Assembly: GCF_000008385.1 (NCBI RefSeq)
Contig: NC_006833.1
Location: forward strand, 30,001 to 62,000
DNA from: Wolbachia endosymbiont strain TRS of Brugia malayi
Lineage (GTDB): Bacteria > Pseudomonadota > Alphaproteobacteria > Rickettsiales > Anaplasmataceae
DNA length: 32,000 bases
Direction: 5' to 3'
Made by a program: the position numbers and the translations under genes. Of the stretch, positions 19,542 through 29,757 are shown piece by piece. Each line of letters opens with the position of its first letter. Position 1 is the first letter of the stretch. The notes below the pieces were generated by a model. It did no database searches, was not told where the DNA came from, and worked only from the letters and a program-made list of their open reading frames with translations.

Positions 19542-20351
19542 TTATGAAGGGTTACAATCAGAACAAACCACTTGGCCACGTGAGACTGATTTCAGCTCGT
19601 CCGCTGAAACTTGATTTGAGCAAAATATGCATTTTATTTTATTGCTTGGGGCAAGTGAGCTGTTAATGGCAATTCTATCATCAAAAACAAAACACTCACC
19701 TTCCCAGTTACCATTTTTGTTGTGAGTTCTTTCAAGGTAAGAAAGAATGCCACCTTTAAGATGGTACACATCGTTAAACCCGAGACTTTTCATATACGCT
19801 GTAGATTTTTCGCATCTAATCCCACCCGTGCAATACATGGCCACTTTCAAGTTTTTATTCTTAGAGAAAGACTTTGCCCACTGAGGAAACTCGCGAAAAT
19901 ATTGAATATATGGGTTGATTGCATTTTTAAACTTGCCTAACTTCACTTCGTATTCATTTCGTGTATCTATCACTAGAACGTCAGGTTGAGAGATAAAATC
20001 ATCCCAATGATCTGGGTCAATATATTTGCCCCTAAGAGAAGTATCAAGATTGCTTACACCAAGATTCACAATTTCTCTTTTTAACCTCACCTTCATCTTA
20101 CTAAATGGTTGATATTTTGCTGCACTTTCTTTCCATGTAAGATCTTTCAGCCTATAATCAGAGCATAGAAAATTAAATATTTTATTAATTGCATTTCTTT
20201 CACCAGATATAGTTGCATTAATGCCTTCTTCTGCAAGTAGTATGGTGCCCTTTAGCTCAAAGTTGTCACATGCAGCTTTTATTTCATCTTTCATGTCATA
20301 ATAATTAGAGAGTTTTACAAAATGGTAAAAAGTTGCTATGACAAAACTCAT
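19542..20351 (-). CDS. trhO: Rhodanese-related tRNA uridine(34) hydroxylase TrhO (YceA-like)
   Basis: 269 aa; GTILLAEEGINATISG, VLVIDTRNEYEVKLGKFKNAINP, VAMYCTGGIRCEKSTAYM (rhodanese loop), YHLKGGILSYLE, C-terminal CxxC pairs. Confidence 0.92.
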   Translation of the reverse strand: MSFVIATFYHFVKLSNYYDMKDEIKAACDNFELKGTILLAEEGINATISGERNAINKIFNFLCSDYRLKDLTWKESAAKYQPFSKMKVRLKREIVNLGVSNLDTSLRGKYIDPDHWDDFISQPDVLVIDTRNEYEVKLGKFKNAINPYIQYFREFPQWAKSFSKNKNLKVAMYCTGGIRCEKSTAYMKSLGFNDVYHLKGGILSYLERTHNKNGNWEGECFVFDDRIAINSSLAPSNKIKCIFCSNQVSADELKSVSRGQVVCSDCNPS

Positions 20352-20472
20352 GATTATTAACTTATCAACTTAGAACATAATATACAAAATTATAAAGATA
20401 TTCAATAGATCAGCTCTGGATATCTTCAGCTTTTATATATAACATTTTAATATTAAATATGGATTTAATTTA

Positions 20473-22071
20473 ATGTTTTTAAAAGTATTTAAAAGTATAT
20501 TCTTATTTCTAGTAAGTATATTATTTGTCTGCCCTATACTATCATTAGTGTCGATTCTATTTACAGAATCGACAAATTCTGAGTGGGTAATCAGCACACT
20601 TTTTCCTGAATATATACTTAATACGTTAATTTTGATGATAGGGGTTGGAAGTATATCTTTTATATTTGGAGTGATTCCAGCTTGGCTCACCACATTTTTT
20701 TCATTCCCTGGGAGTAGAATTTTTGAGGTTGCTTTATTTTTTCCAATATCAATTCCCGGATATATAATATCGTTTGTTTACGTCAACTCATTAGAATTTT
20801 CAGGTCCAACACAAAGTTTATTAAGAGAAATTTTTCACTGGGGTAAAGGTGATTATTGGTTTCCTGAGATAAAGTCTCTAGGCGGTGGAATATTAGTGAT
20901 GGGATTCAGTTTATATACATACGTTTACATATTAGTCCGCTCAAATCTAAAGAATGTTAGCAACTCAGTTACTGTTGCATCAACACTTGGGTTCTCTTCT
21001 TTACAGAGCTTATTTTCTGTCGTTATTCCCTCTATACGTCCGTCAATTATAGCTGGGATATCCTTGGTGTTAATGGAGGTAATTACAGATTTTGGTACAC
21101 CACAATTTCTTGCGATTGACACCTTTACCACAGGAATATATCGCACCTGGTTTTTACTGCATGATAAATATTCAGCTGCTGTTTTAGCAGTTGCAGAATT
21201 GGTCTTCATTACAGCACTGATAGCTGTCGAGAAAATTCTACAAAAAAAGGAAATATCCTACTCTGCCATTAATACTAATTCAGATTATCATAACAAACGG
21301 AGTATAAGTGGTGCTATACCATTAGTTTTCGCTTATGCTATGTGTATATTGCCGATATTAGTAGGTTTTGCTTTGCCGATTATTCCACTCATATATTGGA
21401 GCATAGAGAAGGGATTTTTCATATACGGAGCAAGATTCTATAACATAATAGCAAATAGCATTGGCTTATCGTTTATCACTGCAATGATCTCAGTTAGTAT
21501 TGCAATAATGATAGGATGTACGGCACGTAAGAATAAGGTGATCAACAATATAGCGCGTCTAATTTCTTTAGGCTATGCGATTCCAAATGCAGTTATTGCT
21601 ATTAGTATAATAATATTTTTAAGCAAGATATCTTCTTTTATTACTCAATACTTTACAGAAATAAGCTTGGTAGGAACTGTTGGTGCTTTGATTTACTCAT
21701 ATTTATTTCGTTTTTTTGCCATATCTTTCAAAGCAATAGAATCAGGGCTTAAAAAAACACCTAATGAAATTGAGTGGATCGCATATACTATGGGCCATGG
21801 ACCCATTTCCACGTGTCTGAATATTCATATTCCTCTCATAAAGAAAAGTATATTATCAGGATTTTTGCTTGTATTTATGGATACTATTAAAGAGCTTACA
21901 GCAACACTCATTATCAGGCCATTTAATTTTGAAACTATATCAACTAGAATATATGAACTTGTAAGCGATGAACGTTATAGAGAAGCTGCCCCATTTTCGT
22001 TAATGATAGTTATAACTGGCTTAATCTCTACAATAATCTTATTTAAGCTTGATGATGAAAATAAAAAATAG
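20473..22071 (+). CDS. fbpB: Iron(III) ABC transporter permease (FbpB/SfuB-like)
   Basis: 532 aa, about 12 hydrophobic segments, two permease halves; ALFFPISIPGYIISFVYV, EVITDFGTPQFLAIDTFTTGIYRTW, C-terminal EAA-like motif MDTIKELTATLIIRPFNFETIST. Confidence 0.88.
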   Translation: MFLKVFKSIFLFLVSILFVCPILSLVSILFTESTNSEWVISTLFPEYILNTLILMIGVGSISFIFGVIPAWLTTFFSFPGSRIFEVALFFPISIPGYIISFVYVNSLEFSGPTQSLLREIFHWGKGDYWFPEIKSLGGGILVMGFSLYTYVYILVRSNLKNVSNSVTVASTLGFSSLQSLFSVVIPSIRPSIIAGISLVLMEVITDFGTPQFLAIDTFTTGIYRTWFLLHDKYSAAVLAVAELVFITALIAVEKILQKKEISYSAINTNSDYHNKRSISGAIPLVFAYAMCILPILVGFALPIIPLIYWSIEKGFFIYGARFYNIIANSIGLSFITAMISVSIAIMIGCTARKNKVINNIARLISLGYAIPNAVIAISIIIFLSKISSFITQYFTEISLVGTVGALIYSYLFRFFAISFKAIESGLKKTPNEIEWIAYTMGHGPISTCLNIHIPLIKKSILSGFLLVFMDTIKELTATLIIRPFNFETISTRIYELVSDERYREAAPFSLMIVITGLISTIILFKLDDENKK

Positions 22072-22094
22072 ATTTATGATGGCAATCAGTTGGT

Positions 22095-22562
22095 TTAATG
22101 TGGCCTAATGTTTGTGTATGGGCTATCTAAAGAAAAAGACGGTATTGTGACCTCGAAAACTTTTGTGTTTTCTTCATTTAGAAATTCGTACTTACCTTGC
22201 ATTATTCCTGACGGTGCATTCAAGTATGTTCCGCTTGTGTATTTAAATACCTCTCCAGGTTTTATCACAGGCTGCTCTCCAATAACACCAGCCCCAACAA
22301 TTTCATTTATCTTTCCTTTGTAGTCTATTATTTGCCAATGGCGGCTCAGCAATTGAATAGTTGATAGGCTTTTATTTTTTATCTTGACATTGTACATCCA
22401 TACATAGCAATTTTCATAAGGAATAGATTGCTCCTCAATATAGACTGGCAAAACTGTAACTTCAACAGAGTTAGTAGTAAGTGTATATTCTAAAGTCATG
22501 ACAGAGTATTCATGATAGAAAAGTAATACTTTAATTATACACTGTTTTCGTAGATTCTTCAA
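22095..22562 (-). CDS. apaG: ApaG-domain protein
   Basis: 155 aa ORF; [73 protein letters not shown]. Likely start is an internal Met near 22499. Confidence 0.93.
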   Translation of the reverse strand: MKNLRKQCIIKVLLFYHEYSVMTLEYTLTTNSVEVTVLPVYIEEQSIPYENCYVWMYNVKIKNKSLSTIQLLSRHWQIIDYKGKINEIVGAGVIGEQPVIKPGEVFKYTSGTYLNAPSGIMQGKYEFLNEENTKVFEVTIPSFSLDSPYTNIRPH

Positions 22563-22588
22563 GCATATTGTAGTATTCTGATTAAGAA

Positions 22589-23677
22589 TTGTTTATCAAT
22601 TATATGAGCAAATCAGACATACTTTGTAAAAGAGTGATAGGAATAGTGGGTAGTGGACAATTAGGTAAAATGACCGCTATTGCTGCGACAAAGCTTGGGC
22701 AAGAAACACATATTTTCGCTAATGCTAAAGATGATCCTGCTTGCTCTGTTGCTAATAATTTAACAATAGCAGATTTTTCTGATAAGAAGGCGCTTGAATC
22801 TTTTGCACAGAGTGTGAGTTTAGTTACTATTGAATCTGAAAATATTCCATGTGACGCAATTGATATTATGTCACAATATGTAGATTTTTATCCAGGTAAA
22901 AGAGCATTACACATTTCACAAAATAGGCTTAGAGAGAAAGATTTTATTAGAAATTTAGGTATAAGAACCGCTGATTATAAAAGTATACAAGATCATAACG
23001 ATCTATTAGAAGTCACTAGAGCTTTTGGCTATCCAACAAGGCTAAAAACAACAGAAATGGGTTACGATGGGAAGGGACAATATATGATTGGGAATGATTC
23101 TCAAGTAGAGCGATTTGCTTCCTTTGATTGGAATGCACAGTACATTCTCGAGGCAAGTGTTGACTTACTAAAAGAGGTTTCAATTGTTGTTACAAGGGAT
23201 AAAAATGGTAAAGTAGCTTTTTTTCCTGTGGCAGAAAATCACCATGTCGATGGAATACTTGATACTTCAATAGTGCCAGCTAAAGTAGATAGCAAATTAG
23301 TTCAAGAGATACAACAAACCGCGGAGAAAATAGCAGATGCACTTGATGTAGTGGGAATTCTAGCTATTGAGTTTTTCATTACTAAAAATAGTGAACTGCT
23401 AGTCAATGAACTAGCTCCAAGACCTCACAATTCTTGCCACTGGAGCTTGGATGCATGTAATGTTAGTCAATTCGAGCAACTGATTAGGGTAATATGTAAG
23501 TTACCTATGCAAGAAGTGGTGTTGCGCTTTCCTTGTATGACGAAAAACATAATAGGTAATGATGTATATAATACTTACAAGTATTTGAGTGACAAAAGAG
23601 CCAATTTGACTATATATGGAAAAAAAGAGGTTAGAGGTAGGCGTAAAATGGGGCATGTTAATATAGATTTAAGTTAG
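22589..23677 (+). CDS. purK: 5-(carboxyamino)imidazole ribonucleotide synthase
   Basis: 362 aa; [31 protein letters not shown]-type [51 protein letters not shown]. Likely start at 22604. Confidence 0.94.
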   Translation: MFINYMSKSDILCKRVIGIVGSGQLGKMTAIAATKLGQETHIFANAKDDPACSVANNLTIADFSDKKALESFAQSVSLVTIESENIPCDAIDIMSQYVDFYPGKRALHISQNRLREKDFIRNLGIRTADYKSIQDHNDLLEVTRAFGYPTRLKTTEMGYDGKGQYMIGNDSQVERFASFDWNAQYILEASVDLLKEVSIVVTRDKNGKVAFFPVAENHHVDGILDTSIVPAKVDSKLVQEIQQTAEKIADALDVVGILAIEFFITKNSELLVNELAPRPHNSCHWSLDACNVSQFEQLIRVICKLPMQEVVLRFPCMTKNIIGNDVYNTYKYLSDKRANLTIYGKKEVRGRRKMGHVNIDLS

Positions 23678-23852
23678 CATGCTATACCTCTCACGATTAC
23701 ACAAACGTTTGTTTTCGAAAACGGTGCATTAAGTTTCATAGCCAGTTTTGCCTTAAACACAAGAATCACTGGCATCCAGAAAAGTTTGCTTATGAGCAAA
23801 CTGATAATAGCACCATTTATTGGCTTCATAAATTGCAACTAACCTTTATTAT

Positions 23853-24148
23853 AAATATTTAAGAAATTTACCAAGGAGAAAAAAGGCAAAAGAAACCCTA
23901 TGTTAGATAGTGTTTACTCTCTAATCCTGCAAATTGGCATACTATATTGTCTTTATAAGCACGTTTCAGCTTATATAGGTAGAACATAGAAATGTTGTGA
24001 AGACATAAAGTACACATGGTATAAAGAATTAAACATAAGATGTCAACTACATGATACTTCGTCATTTAATCTGCACAGACTAGGGATAACTGAATACCTT
24101 CAGCTCTGTGGTGAGGGGTCTGGCAGAATTTGTCAAGTATTTTTTTCG
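23853..24148. repeat. Copy B of a diverged non-coding dispersed repeat (copy A at 446-728)
   Basis: Collinear blocks listed for copy A; same orientation and same position just beyond the 3' end of a minus-strand gene. Confidence 0.75.
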
Positions 24149-24208
24149 TTTCACTTGAATGACACCATTGGTATGCAAATTTTCTTCGAACTACAGCGCA
24201 CGTGTACT

Positions 24209-25270
24209 CTATATGCACTTGATTGATAAATGCTCCCTCGTCAAGATCTCCAAAATTTGTACTATATTCAGTGCCGCACCTTTGCGTAGATTATCAGCCA
24301 CTATCCACATATTTAATCCATGTTCAACAGTATTGTCTTTTCTAATACGTGATACGTATACTGCATTCTCCTGTACGACATCAATTTGGGTTATATATTT
24401 GCCGTCTTTTCGCCTATCATACACTAAAATTCCGGTATCTTCAACTTCACTTAGCATTTCACGAGCTTGTTCTTCAGTTATGTGCTGGTAAAACTCTACA
24501 TTTACTGCTATAGCATGACCAATAAAAACGGGCACCCTTACACAAGTTGCAGTAACTTTTATATCTGCCTCTAGGATTTTTTTTGTTTCCTCTTGCATTT
24601 TCCATTCCTCTTTTGTAGAACCATCTTCCATAAACTCTCCTATATGAGGAATGCAATTGAATGCTATTTGCTTAGGGAATATTTCAGGCTTTTTGGCTTC
24701 ATTTGTGAAGATTTTTTTTGTCTGATTATAGAGTTCATCCATTGCTGCTTTGCCTGCACCAGAGGTTGATTGATAAGTTGAAGCAACGATTCTCTTTATT
24801 TTTGCTTTTTGGTATAATAAATGTAGCACTAACAGCATCTGTATTATAGTACAGTTTGGATTGGATATTATGTTGTGGTTTTTGTATTCCATGATTTTTT
24901 CTTTGTTAATTTCTGGAATGATTAGTGGTACACCTTCTTTCATCCTAAAATAAGAGCTGTTATCTATTACGATACATCCAGCTTCAGTTGCAATCGGTAC
25001 GTACTTTTCCGAAACATGGTACCCAGCACAGAAGATGGCTATATCAATATCAGCAAAGTCATAATTTTCAAGGCATAAAACAGTTAATTCTTCGTTACCA
25101 AAACTCACCTTTTTTCCCTTTGATTTTTTTGATGCAAATGTAATAACAGAATCTATCGAAATTTTTCCCTCGTCTTGGAACTCAGCAAGTATGCTTAGTA
25201 CTTCGTGTCCTACTCTACCGGTTGCTCCAACAACAGCAATTTTTTGTCCCATATAAATTAAAATTCTCAC
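24209..25270 (-). CDS. asd: Aspartate-semialdehyde dehydrogenase
   Basis: 353 aa; KIAVVGATGRVGHEVLSIL, IDNSSYFRMKEGVPLIIPEIN, IISNPNCTIIQMLLVL (catalytic Cys), VASTYQSTSGAGKAAMDEL. Likely start MGQK at 25252. Confidence 0.95.
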   Translation of the reverse strand: MRILIYMGQKIAVVGATGRVGHEVLSILAEFQDEGKISIDSVITFASKKSKGKKVSFGNEELTVLCLENYDFADIDIAIFCAGYHVSEKYVPIATEAGCIVIDNSSYFRMKEGVPLIIPEINKEKIMEYKNHNIISNPNCTIIQMLLVLHLLYQKAKIKRIVASTYQSTSGAGKAAMDELYNQTKKIFTNEAKKPEIFPKQIAFNCIPHIGEFMEDGSTKEEWKMQEETKKILEADIKVTATCVRVPVFIGHAIAVNVEFYQHITEEQAREMLSEVEDTGILVYDRRKDGKYITQIDVVQENAVYVSRIRKDNTVEHGLNMWIVADNLRKGAALNIVQILEILTREHLSIKCI

Positions 25271-25394
25271 TTCAAAATTATATTATATTTTTACTGGCAG
25301 GAATTTACAATTATTTTAATATTTTTACCTTGCAATTAATTGTAATTTAGTTATTATTATGCAATATTAATAATATTACATAATAAAGTGAGAG

Positions 25395-25808
25395 ATGAGC
25401 AAAAAATATGATGAAACTAAGGTGAAACCTGCAATATCTACATCTCAAGAACCTAAGAGAATTAATGGGTCAAAGTTTCAAAGTGTTCTCTCAAAAAGAA
25501 GATATGATATAAATTTTGATGATAAAAAGTATGCTGTAAAAACTGTTAAAACACGGTTTCTAGAAACGGAACAACAGTCTTCGAAGCTAAGAGATTTATT
25601 GGAATCAATACCTGTGATAGGAAGATTTTTAGCAAAAATTTTCACATCTGAAAAAGAGACATATAAAAAGCTACAATTGCAAATAGATCGCTCTAGTAAG
25701 ATAAGAAATGAGTCTCGCATAGATGATAAATATACAGAAGAAATAAGCAGCAAGCTTAAGAAGAGTAATATTGAACAAGTGGATGACAAAAAAAGTCGTA
25801 GTCCATAA
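25395..25808 (+). CDS. Hypothetical protein, charged, 137 aa
   Basis: ATG-started ORF in the divergent space upstream of asd; Lys-rich, YAVKTVKTRFLETEQQSSKLRDLLESIPVIGRFLAKIF; no recognised domain. Confidence 0.6.
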   Translation: MSKKYDETKVKPAISTSQEPKRINGSKFQSVLSKRRYDINFDDKKYAVKTVKTRFLETEQQSSKLRDLLESIPVIGRFLAKIFTSEKETYKKLQLQIDRSSKIRNESRIDDKYTEEISSKLKKSNIEQVDDKKSRSP

Positions 25809-25842
25809 ATATCAAATATTTCAAGAGCATCTGGTATAATAT

Positions 25843-27120
25843 TTATTGTGCGGAAGCTCTTCGGTACCAAAATAAATAAAGAGGTATACCACTCGTGGTA
25901 AATAAGCTTGCAATTAACAAGGTATTTATAGAAGTTTCAAGTATCACCCAGCAACAAAAGGTTGTTGCTATACTGCCAGTTAAAAGCTTGTGATAATTTC
26001 TCTCCTTTATAACAACCTTTAGAAAAGCAAGACTGCATGCAAGGTAGACGAATAAAAATGAAACTACAGAGAAGTCGATAATCGATGTAATCTGCTGAGC
26101 AAAATTGTTATTTGAAGTGAGGATTAGTAAAATTGCAGTTCCAGATGAGCTAGTTGTTATTCCCCAAAAAGGGGATCCATGTTCATTCCTTTTAGCAAAG
26201 AGTTGTGGCATCAGTCTATCTTTTGCAAGACCAAAAGCAACTTGTCCGCTAGATAAGACCCAGGCGTTTAAACTGCCAACACAGAAAACGAATGCAACTA
26301 TAGAAATAATCAAATGCCAGTTACCAGAAAACATAATTTTTATCGCATCAACGTATGGTGCTCTTGAGTTTGCTAGGTCATTACCGTTTATTAAACCCAT
26401 GATTGCAAAGTTGTTGATAAAATATATGATAGCAACACAGATTGTTCCAAGTACTACAGCTCTTGGTATAGTTTTTGCTGGATTGTTGACTGATCCTGCA
26501 GGTGCTGTTGCCAATTCAACTCCAACGAAACACCATAAAGTCAGGAGTGTAGAACGAGCGAGGATCTGTGATATTGTAAGGCTTGACATTTCTTTACTTA
26601 TGATGAAATTGTTTCTATTGAAAAAAAACAATGCCATTACAGGTATTGCAAGCAATACGGCAATTTTTATAACCGTCAATAGAAACTCAACGCGTCCAGC
26701 GGTCGCTACTCCTCTTAAGTTTATTAATGTAATAATTGTAAATAATAACAGTTCTAAGAACAAATGTATATTTTTGATCTCCTCATGGAGAAATGGCGTA
26801 AGGTAGCCAACACCTACAACTATCAAAGCTGTTGTGCTAACCCATGAGATTACCCAATACGTCCAACCAACAAAGAAGGCTGCAGTAGGGCCAAAAGCAT
26901 GTTTTACATAAACGTGGGGACCTCCAGTTTCTGGAAACTTTGCACATAGTGTAGCAAAAACTAAAGCAAGAGACACAGCACCAAATCCTGATATCGCCCA
27001 GCTTATGAGGCTATAAGTGCTGTATGGTGCGAGGCTAATCGGCAGCATAAAAATCCCAGAGCCAATTTGACTACTGATTACTAAAGCAAAAACAGCCAAA
27101 AAACCTATTTTATTTGACAT
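25843..27120 (-). CDS. APC-superfamily amino acid permease (copy 1)
   Basis: 425 aa; MSNKIGFLAVFALVISSQIGSGIFMLPISLAPYSTYSLISWAISG, FPETGGPHVYVKHAFGPTAAFFVGWTYW, WCFVGVELATAPAGSVNNPAKTIPRAVV. Confidence 0.92.
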   Translation of the reverse strand: MSNKIGFLAVFALVISSQIGSGIFMLPISLAPYSTYSLISWAISGFGAVSLALVFATLCAKFPETGGPHVYVKHAFGPTAAFFVGWTYWVISWVSTTALIVVGVGYLTPFLHEEIKNIHLFLELLLFTIITLINLRGVATAGRVEFLLTVIKIAVLLAIPVMALFFFNRNNFIISKEMSSLTISQILARSTLLTLWCFVGVELATAPAGSVNNPAKTIPRAVVLGTICVAIIYFINNFAIMGLINGNDLANSRAPYVDAIKIMFSGNWHLIISIVAFVFCVGSLNAWVLSSGQVAFGLAKDRLMPQLFAKRNEHGSPFWGITTSSSGTAILLILTSNNNFAQQITSIIDFSVVSFLFVYLACSLAFLKVVIKERNYHKLLTGSIATTFCCWVILETSINTLLIASLFTTSGIPLYLFWYRRASAQ

Positions 27121-27221
27121 AATACCTCTTAATTCTATTAGTGTAAGTCAGTAGTATAATCTGATTCCCAAGAATTTTAATAAATAAAAAATTATGTTTT
27201 TAAGTTAAGCTTTTAGGAAGG

Positions 27222-28496
27222 TCACTTTGTAGGCTTGCGGTACCAAAGTAGATAGGTAGGTGTGCCGCTTAAAGGGAATAAGCTTGCAATTAACAAGGTA
27301 TTCATAGGAGTCTCATATATTATCCAACAGCAAAAAAGTACAGCCATGCCCCCAATTAGAAATTTATAGTAGTTTTTTTCCTGTATGATGACCTTGAGGA
27401 AAGCAAGACAACATGTTAAGTAGACGAATAAAAATGAAACTACAGAGACATCAATTATTGAAGTTACTTGCTTGGCAAAATTTTTGCTCGATATTAGAAC
27501 GAGTAAAGCTAATATTCCCAGTGTATTGATTATGATTCCACAAAAGGGGGCACCATACTTGTTTCTTTTAGCAAAAAATTGCGGCATTAATTTATCTTTT
27601 GCAAGGCCTAAAGCAACTTGTCCGTCGGCTAAGAACCAAGCGTTTAGACTACTTACAGAAACAATGAAAGCAACAATGGAAATGATTAAGTACCAATTGC
27701 CAGGTAAAATTATTTTTATCACATCAGCGTATGGTGCTTTTGAGTTAGCTAAGTGATTGCCATTAATCAATCCCATAATTGCAAGGCTATTAATGAAGTA
27801 TATGATAGCAACAAAGACCGTACCAAATACTATGGCTCTTGGAATTGTTTTGCTTGGATTTTCAACTGATCCTGCAGATGCTGTTACTATTTCAAGTCCA
27901 ATAAAGCACCATAAAGTAAGAAGTGTGGAACGGGCAAAAGCTTGAGATATTGTGAGGTTTGATATTTCCTCGCTTACGACAAAGTTATTTCTATCAAAAA
28001 GAAGTAATGCCGCTATGGGTACTGCAAACAGCACGGTAATTTTGACAGTCATCAATAGAAGCTCAACATGTCCGACGGTAGTTATCCCTCTTAAGTTTAT
28101 TAGCATGATAGCTAAGATTAATGCTATTTCTAAAAATAGGCGTATATTTTGTATATTATTATGAAAGAGCGGAGCTAGGTAGCCAATACTTGCAACTATT
28201 ACCGCTGTTGAACTAACCCACGAACTCGCCCAATATGTCCAGCCAACAAAAAAAGCTGCTGTAGGACCAAAAGCATGCTTCACATAAACATGAGGACCAC
28301 CAGTTTCTGGAAATTTCGCACAGAGCAATGCAAAAACTAAAGCAAGAAGTATAGCACCGAGCCCTGATACTGCCCAACTTATAAGGCTGTAAGTACCGTA
28401 TGGTGCAAGACTGATTGGAAGCATGAAAATTCCAGAGCCGATTTGACTACTAATCACTAAGGCAAAAATAGCCAGGAAACCTATTTTGTTTGACAC
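27222..28496 (-). CDS. APC-superfamily amino acid permease (copy 2, tandem paralog)
   Basis: 424 aa; MSNKIGFLAIFALVISSQIGSGIFMLPISLAPYGTYSLISWAVSG, near-identical N-terminus to copy 1 and collinear throughout. Confidence 0.92.
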   Translation of the reverse strand: MSNKIGFLAIFALVISSQIGSGIFMLPISLAPYGTYSLISWAVSGLGAILLALVFALLCAKFPETGGPHVYVKHAFGPTAAFFVGWTYWASSWVSSTAVIVASIGYLAPLFHNNIQNIRLFLEIALILAIMLINLRGITTVGHVELLLMTVKITVLFAVPIAALLLFDRNNFVVSEEISNLTISQAFARSTLLTLWCFIGLEIVTASAGSVENPSKTIPRAIVFGTVFVAIIYFINSLAIMGLINGNHLANSKAPYADVIKIILPGNWYLIISIVAFIVSVSSLNAWFLADGQVALGLAKDKLMPQFFAKRNKYGAPFCGIIINTLGILALLVLISSKNFAKQVTSIIDVSVVSFLFVYLTCCLAFLKVIIQEKNYYKFLIGGMAVLFCCWIIYETPMNTLLIASLFPLSGTPTYLLWYRKPTK

Positions 28497-28808
28497 AATA
28501 ACTTTTAACTTTTTTATCTAAATATATTAATAATATAACTGAAGCTCAGAAACTTCAATCGATCTTTTATGAAAGCTTGCATTTTTCAATTACTATAATT
28601 AGGTACGGCCAAAAAGTTGGGAGGATACCTATAAAGCAGAAATTTAAGGGAGTTAATTACAAGTGATGATATAAGAGAAGCAGTAAATGTTGTGATAGAT
28701 AGAATTCTTCATGTAGAGGGGTCTATACCTATAGCTAAGTGTGTAGCTCCCTATTTGGGTAGCCTATATTATTCGAGGCTGTAACCAATCTTGTAAGTAA
28801 GATATACT

Positions 28809-29738
28809 TTAAACTAAATGCGGTATTTTAAACTGAACATTTTCGGTGACTCCATCTGACATAACTGAAACTTTTGTATTCACGTTTATTTTCAAATGGT
28901 TTATTAATTCGTCAACTAATATGTCAGGGGCGGAAGCACCTGCAGTAATTCCTATCTTTTCTATGCCCTGCAACCAACTTTTGTCCATATAGCTGTAATT
29001 ATCGATTAAGTAAGCTCTTTTTCCTCTGGCAGTGCATAGATCTAACAAGCGATTTGAGTTCGAACTATTTTTACTTCCTATAATTAGCACTATGTCTACA
29101 ATTTCAGTTAATTTTTTGACAGCATTCTGCCTATTTTGTGTTGCATAACATATATCTTTTAAGTTGGGGCCTGTAATGTTTGGAAATCTGAGCTTTAGGG
29201 CAGTAATGATTTCGCGGGTGTCATCGGTGCTTAACGTGGTTTGTGTAACATAAGATAAATTATCTGGATTTTTAACCTTTAAATCGCGTACATTCTGTAG
29301 GGTTTGCACTAAAACTATGGGATTATTCACTCTTCCTCTGATTCCCTTAACTTCTGGGTGGTTTTTATGTCCAATTAGGATTAATTCTTTACCACTATCT
29401 TCATACCTTTTTGCTTCTTTATGTACTTTACTAACCAGTGGGCATGTTGCATCAATCACTTGAATGCCCTTTCTTTTTGCTTTGTCTTCTATATTTTTTG
29501 ACACTCCGTGCGCACTGAAGATCAATATTCCTCTATTGTCCTTGATGTCCCTGATGCTATTCACAAAAATCACGCCTTGTCTCTTAAAGTCCTCTACTAT
29601 ATATTTATTATGAACGATTTCATGCAGCACATAGACTTTGCGTTTGTTTCGATATTTTTTTAAAGTGATGGCTAATATATCTACAGCTCTTTTGACTCCT
29701 GCACAAAAACCACGCGGTTCAGCTAAAATGATTTCCAT
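28809..29738 (-). CDS. ispH: 4-hydroxy-3-methylbut-2-enyl diphosphate reductase
   Basis: 309 aa; [84 protein letters not shown]. Confidence 0.96.
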   Translation of the reverse strand: MEIILAEPRGFCAGVKRAVDILAITLKKYRNKRKVYVLHEIVHNKYIVEDFKRQGVIFVNSIRDIKDNRGILIFSAHGVSKNIEDKAKRKGIQVIDATCPLVSKVHKEAKRYEDSGKELILIGHKNHPEVKGIRGRVNNPIVLVQTLQNVRDLKVKNPDNLSYVTQTTLSTDDTREIITALKLRFPNITGPNLKDICYATQNRQNAVKKLTEIVDIVLIIGSKNSSNSNRLLDLCTARGKRAYLIDNYSYMDKSWLQGIEKIGITAGASAPDILVDELINHLKINVNTKVSVMSDGVTENVQFKIPHLV

Positions 29739-29757
29739 TTTTTTAAATCGAGTAAGT

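Noticed and set aside
24474-24656. Small ORF antisense/nested at the asd gene (minus strand, 60 aa)
   Set aside because: It overlaps the well-supported asd CDS in another frame, and its composition looks like shadow coding.
26105-26806. 233-aa plus-strand ORF opposite the first permease
   Set aside because: It is fully antisense to the APC permease, a common artefact of long hydrophobic genes; a similar shadow pattern occurs opposite the second permease (27472-28164).
29638-29757. 5' extension of the ORF starting at 29638
   Set aside because: This stretch is antisense to the N-terminus of ispH; the ftsI-like sequence plausibly begins at 29728 or 29758.
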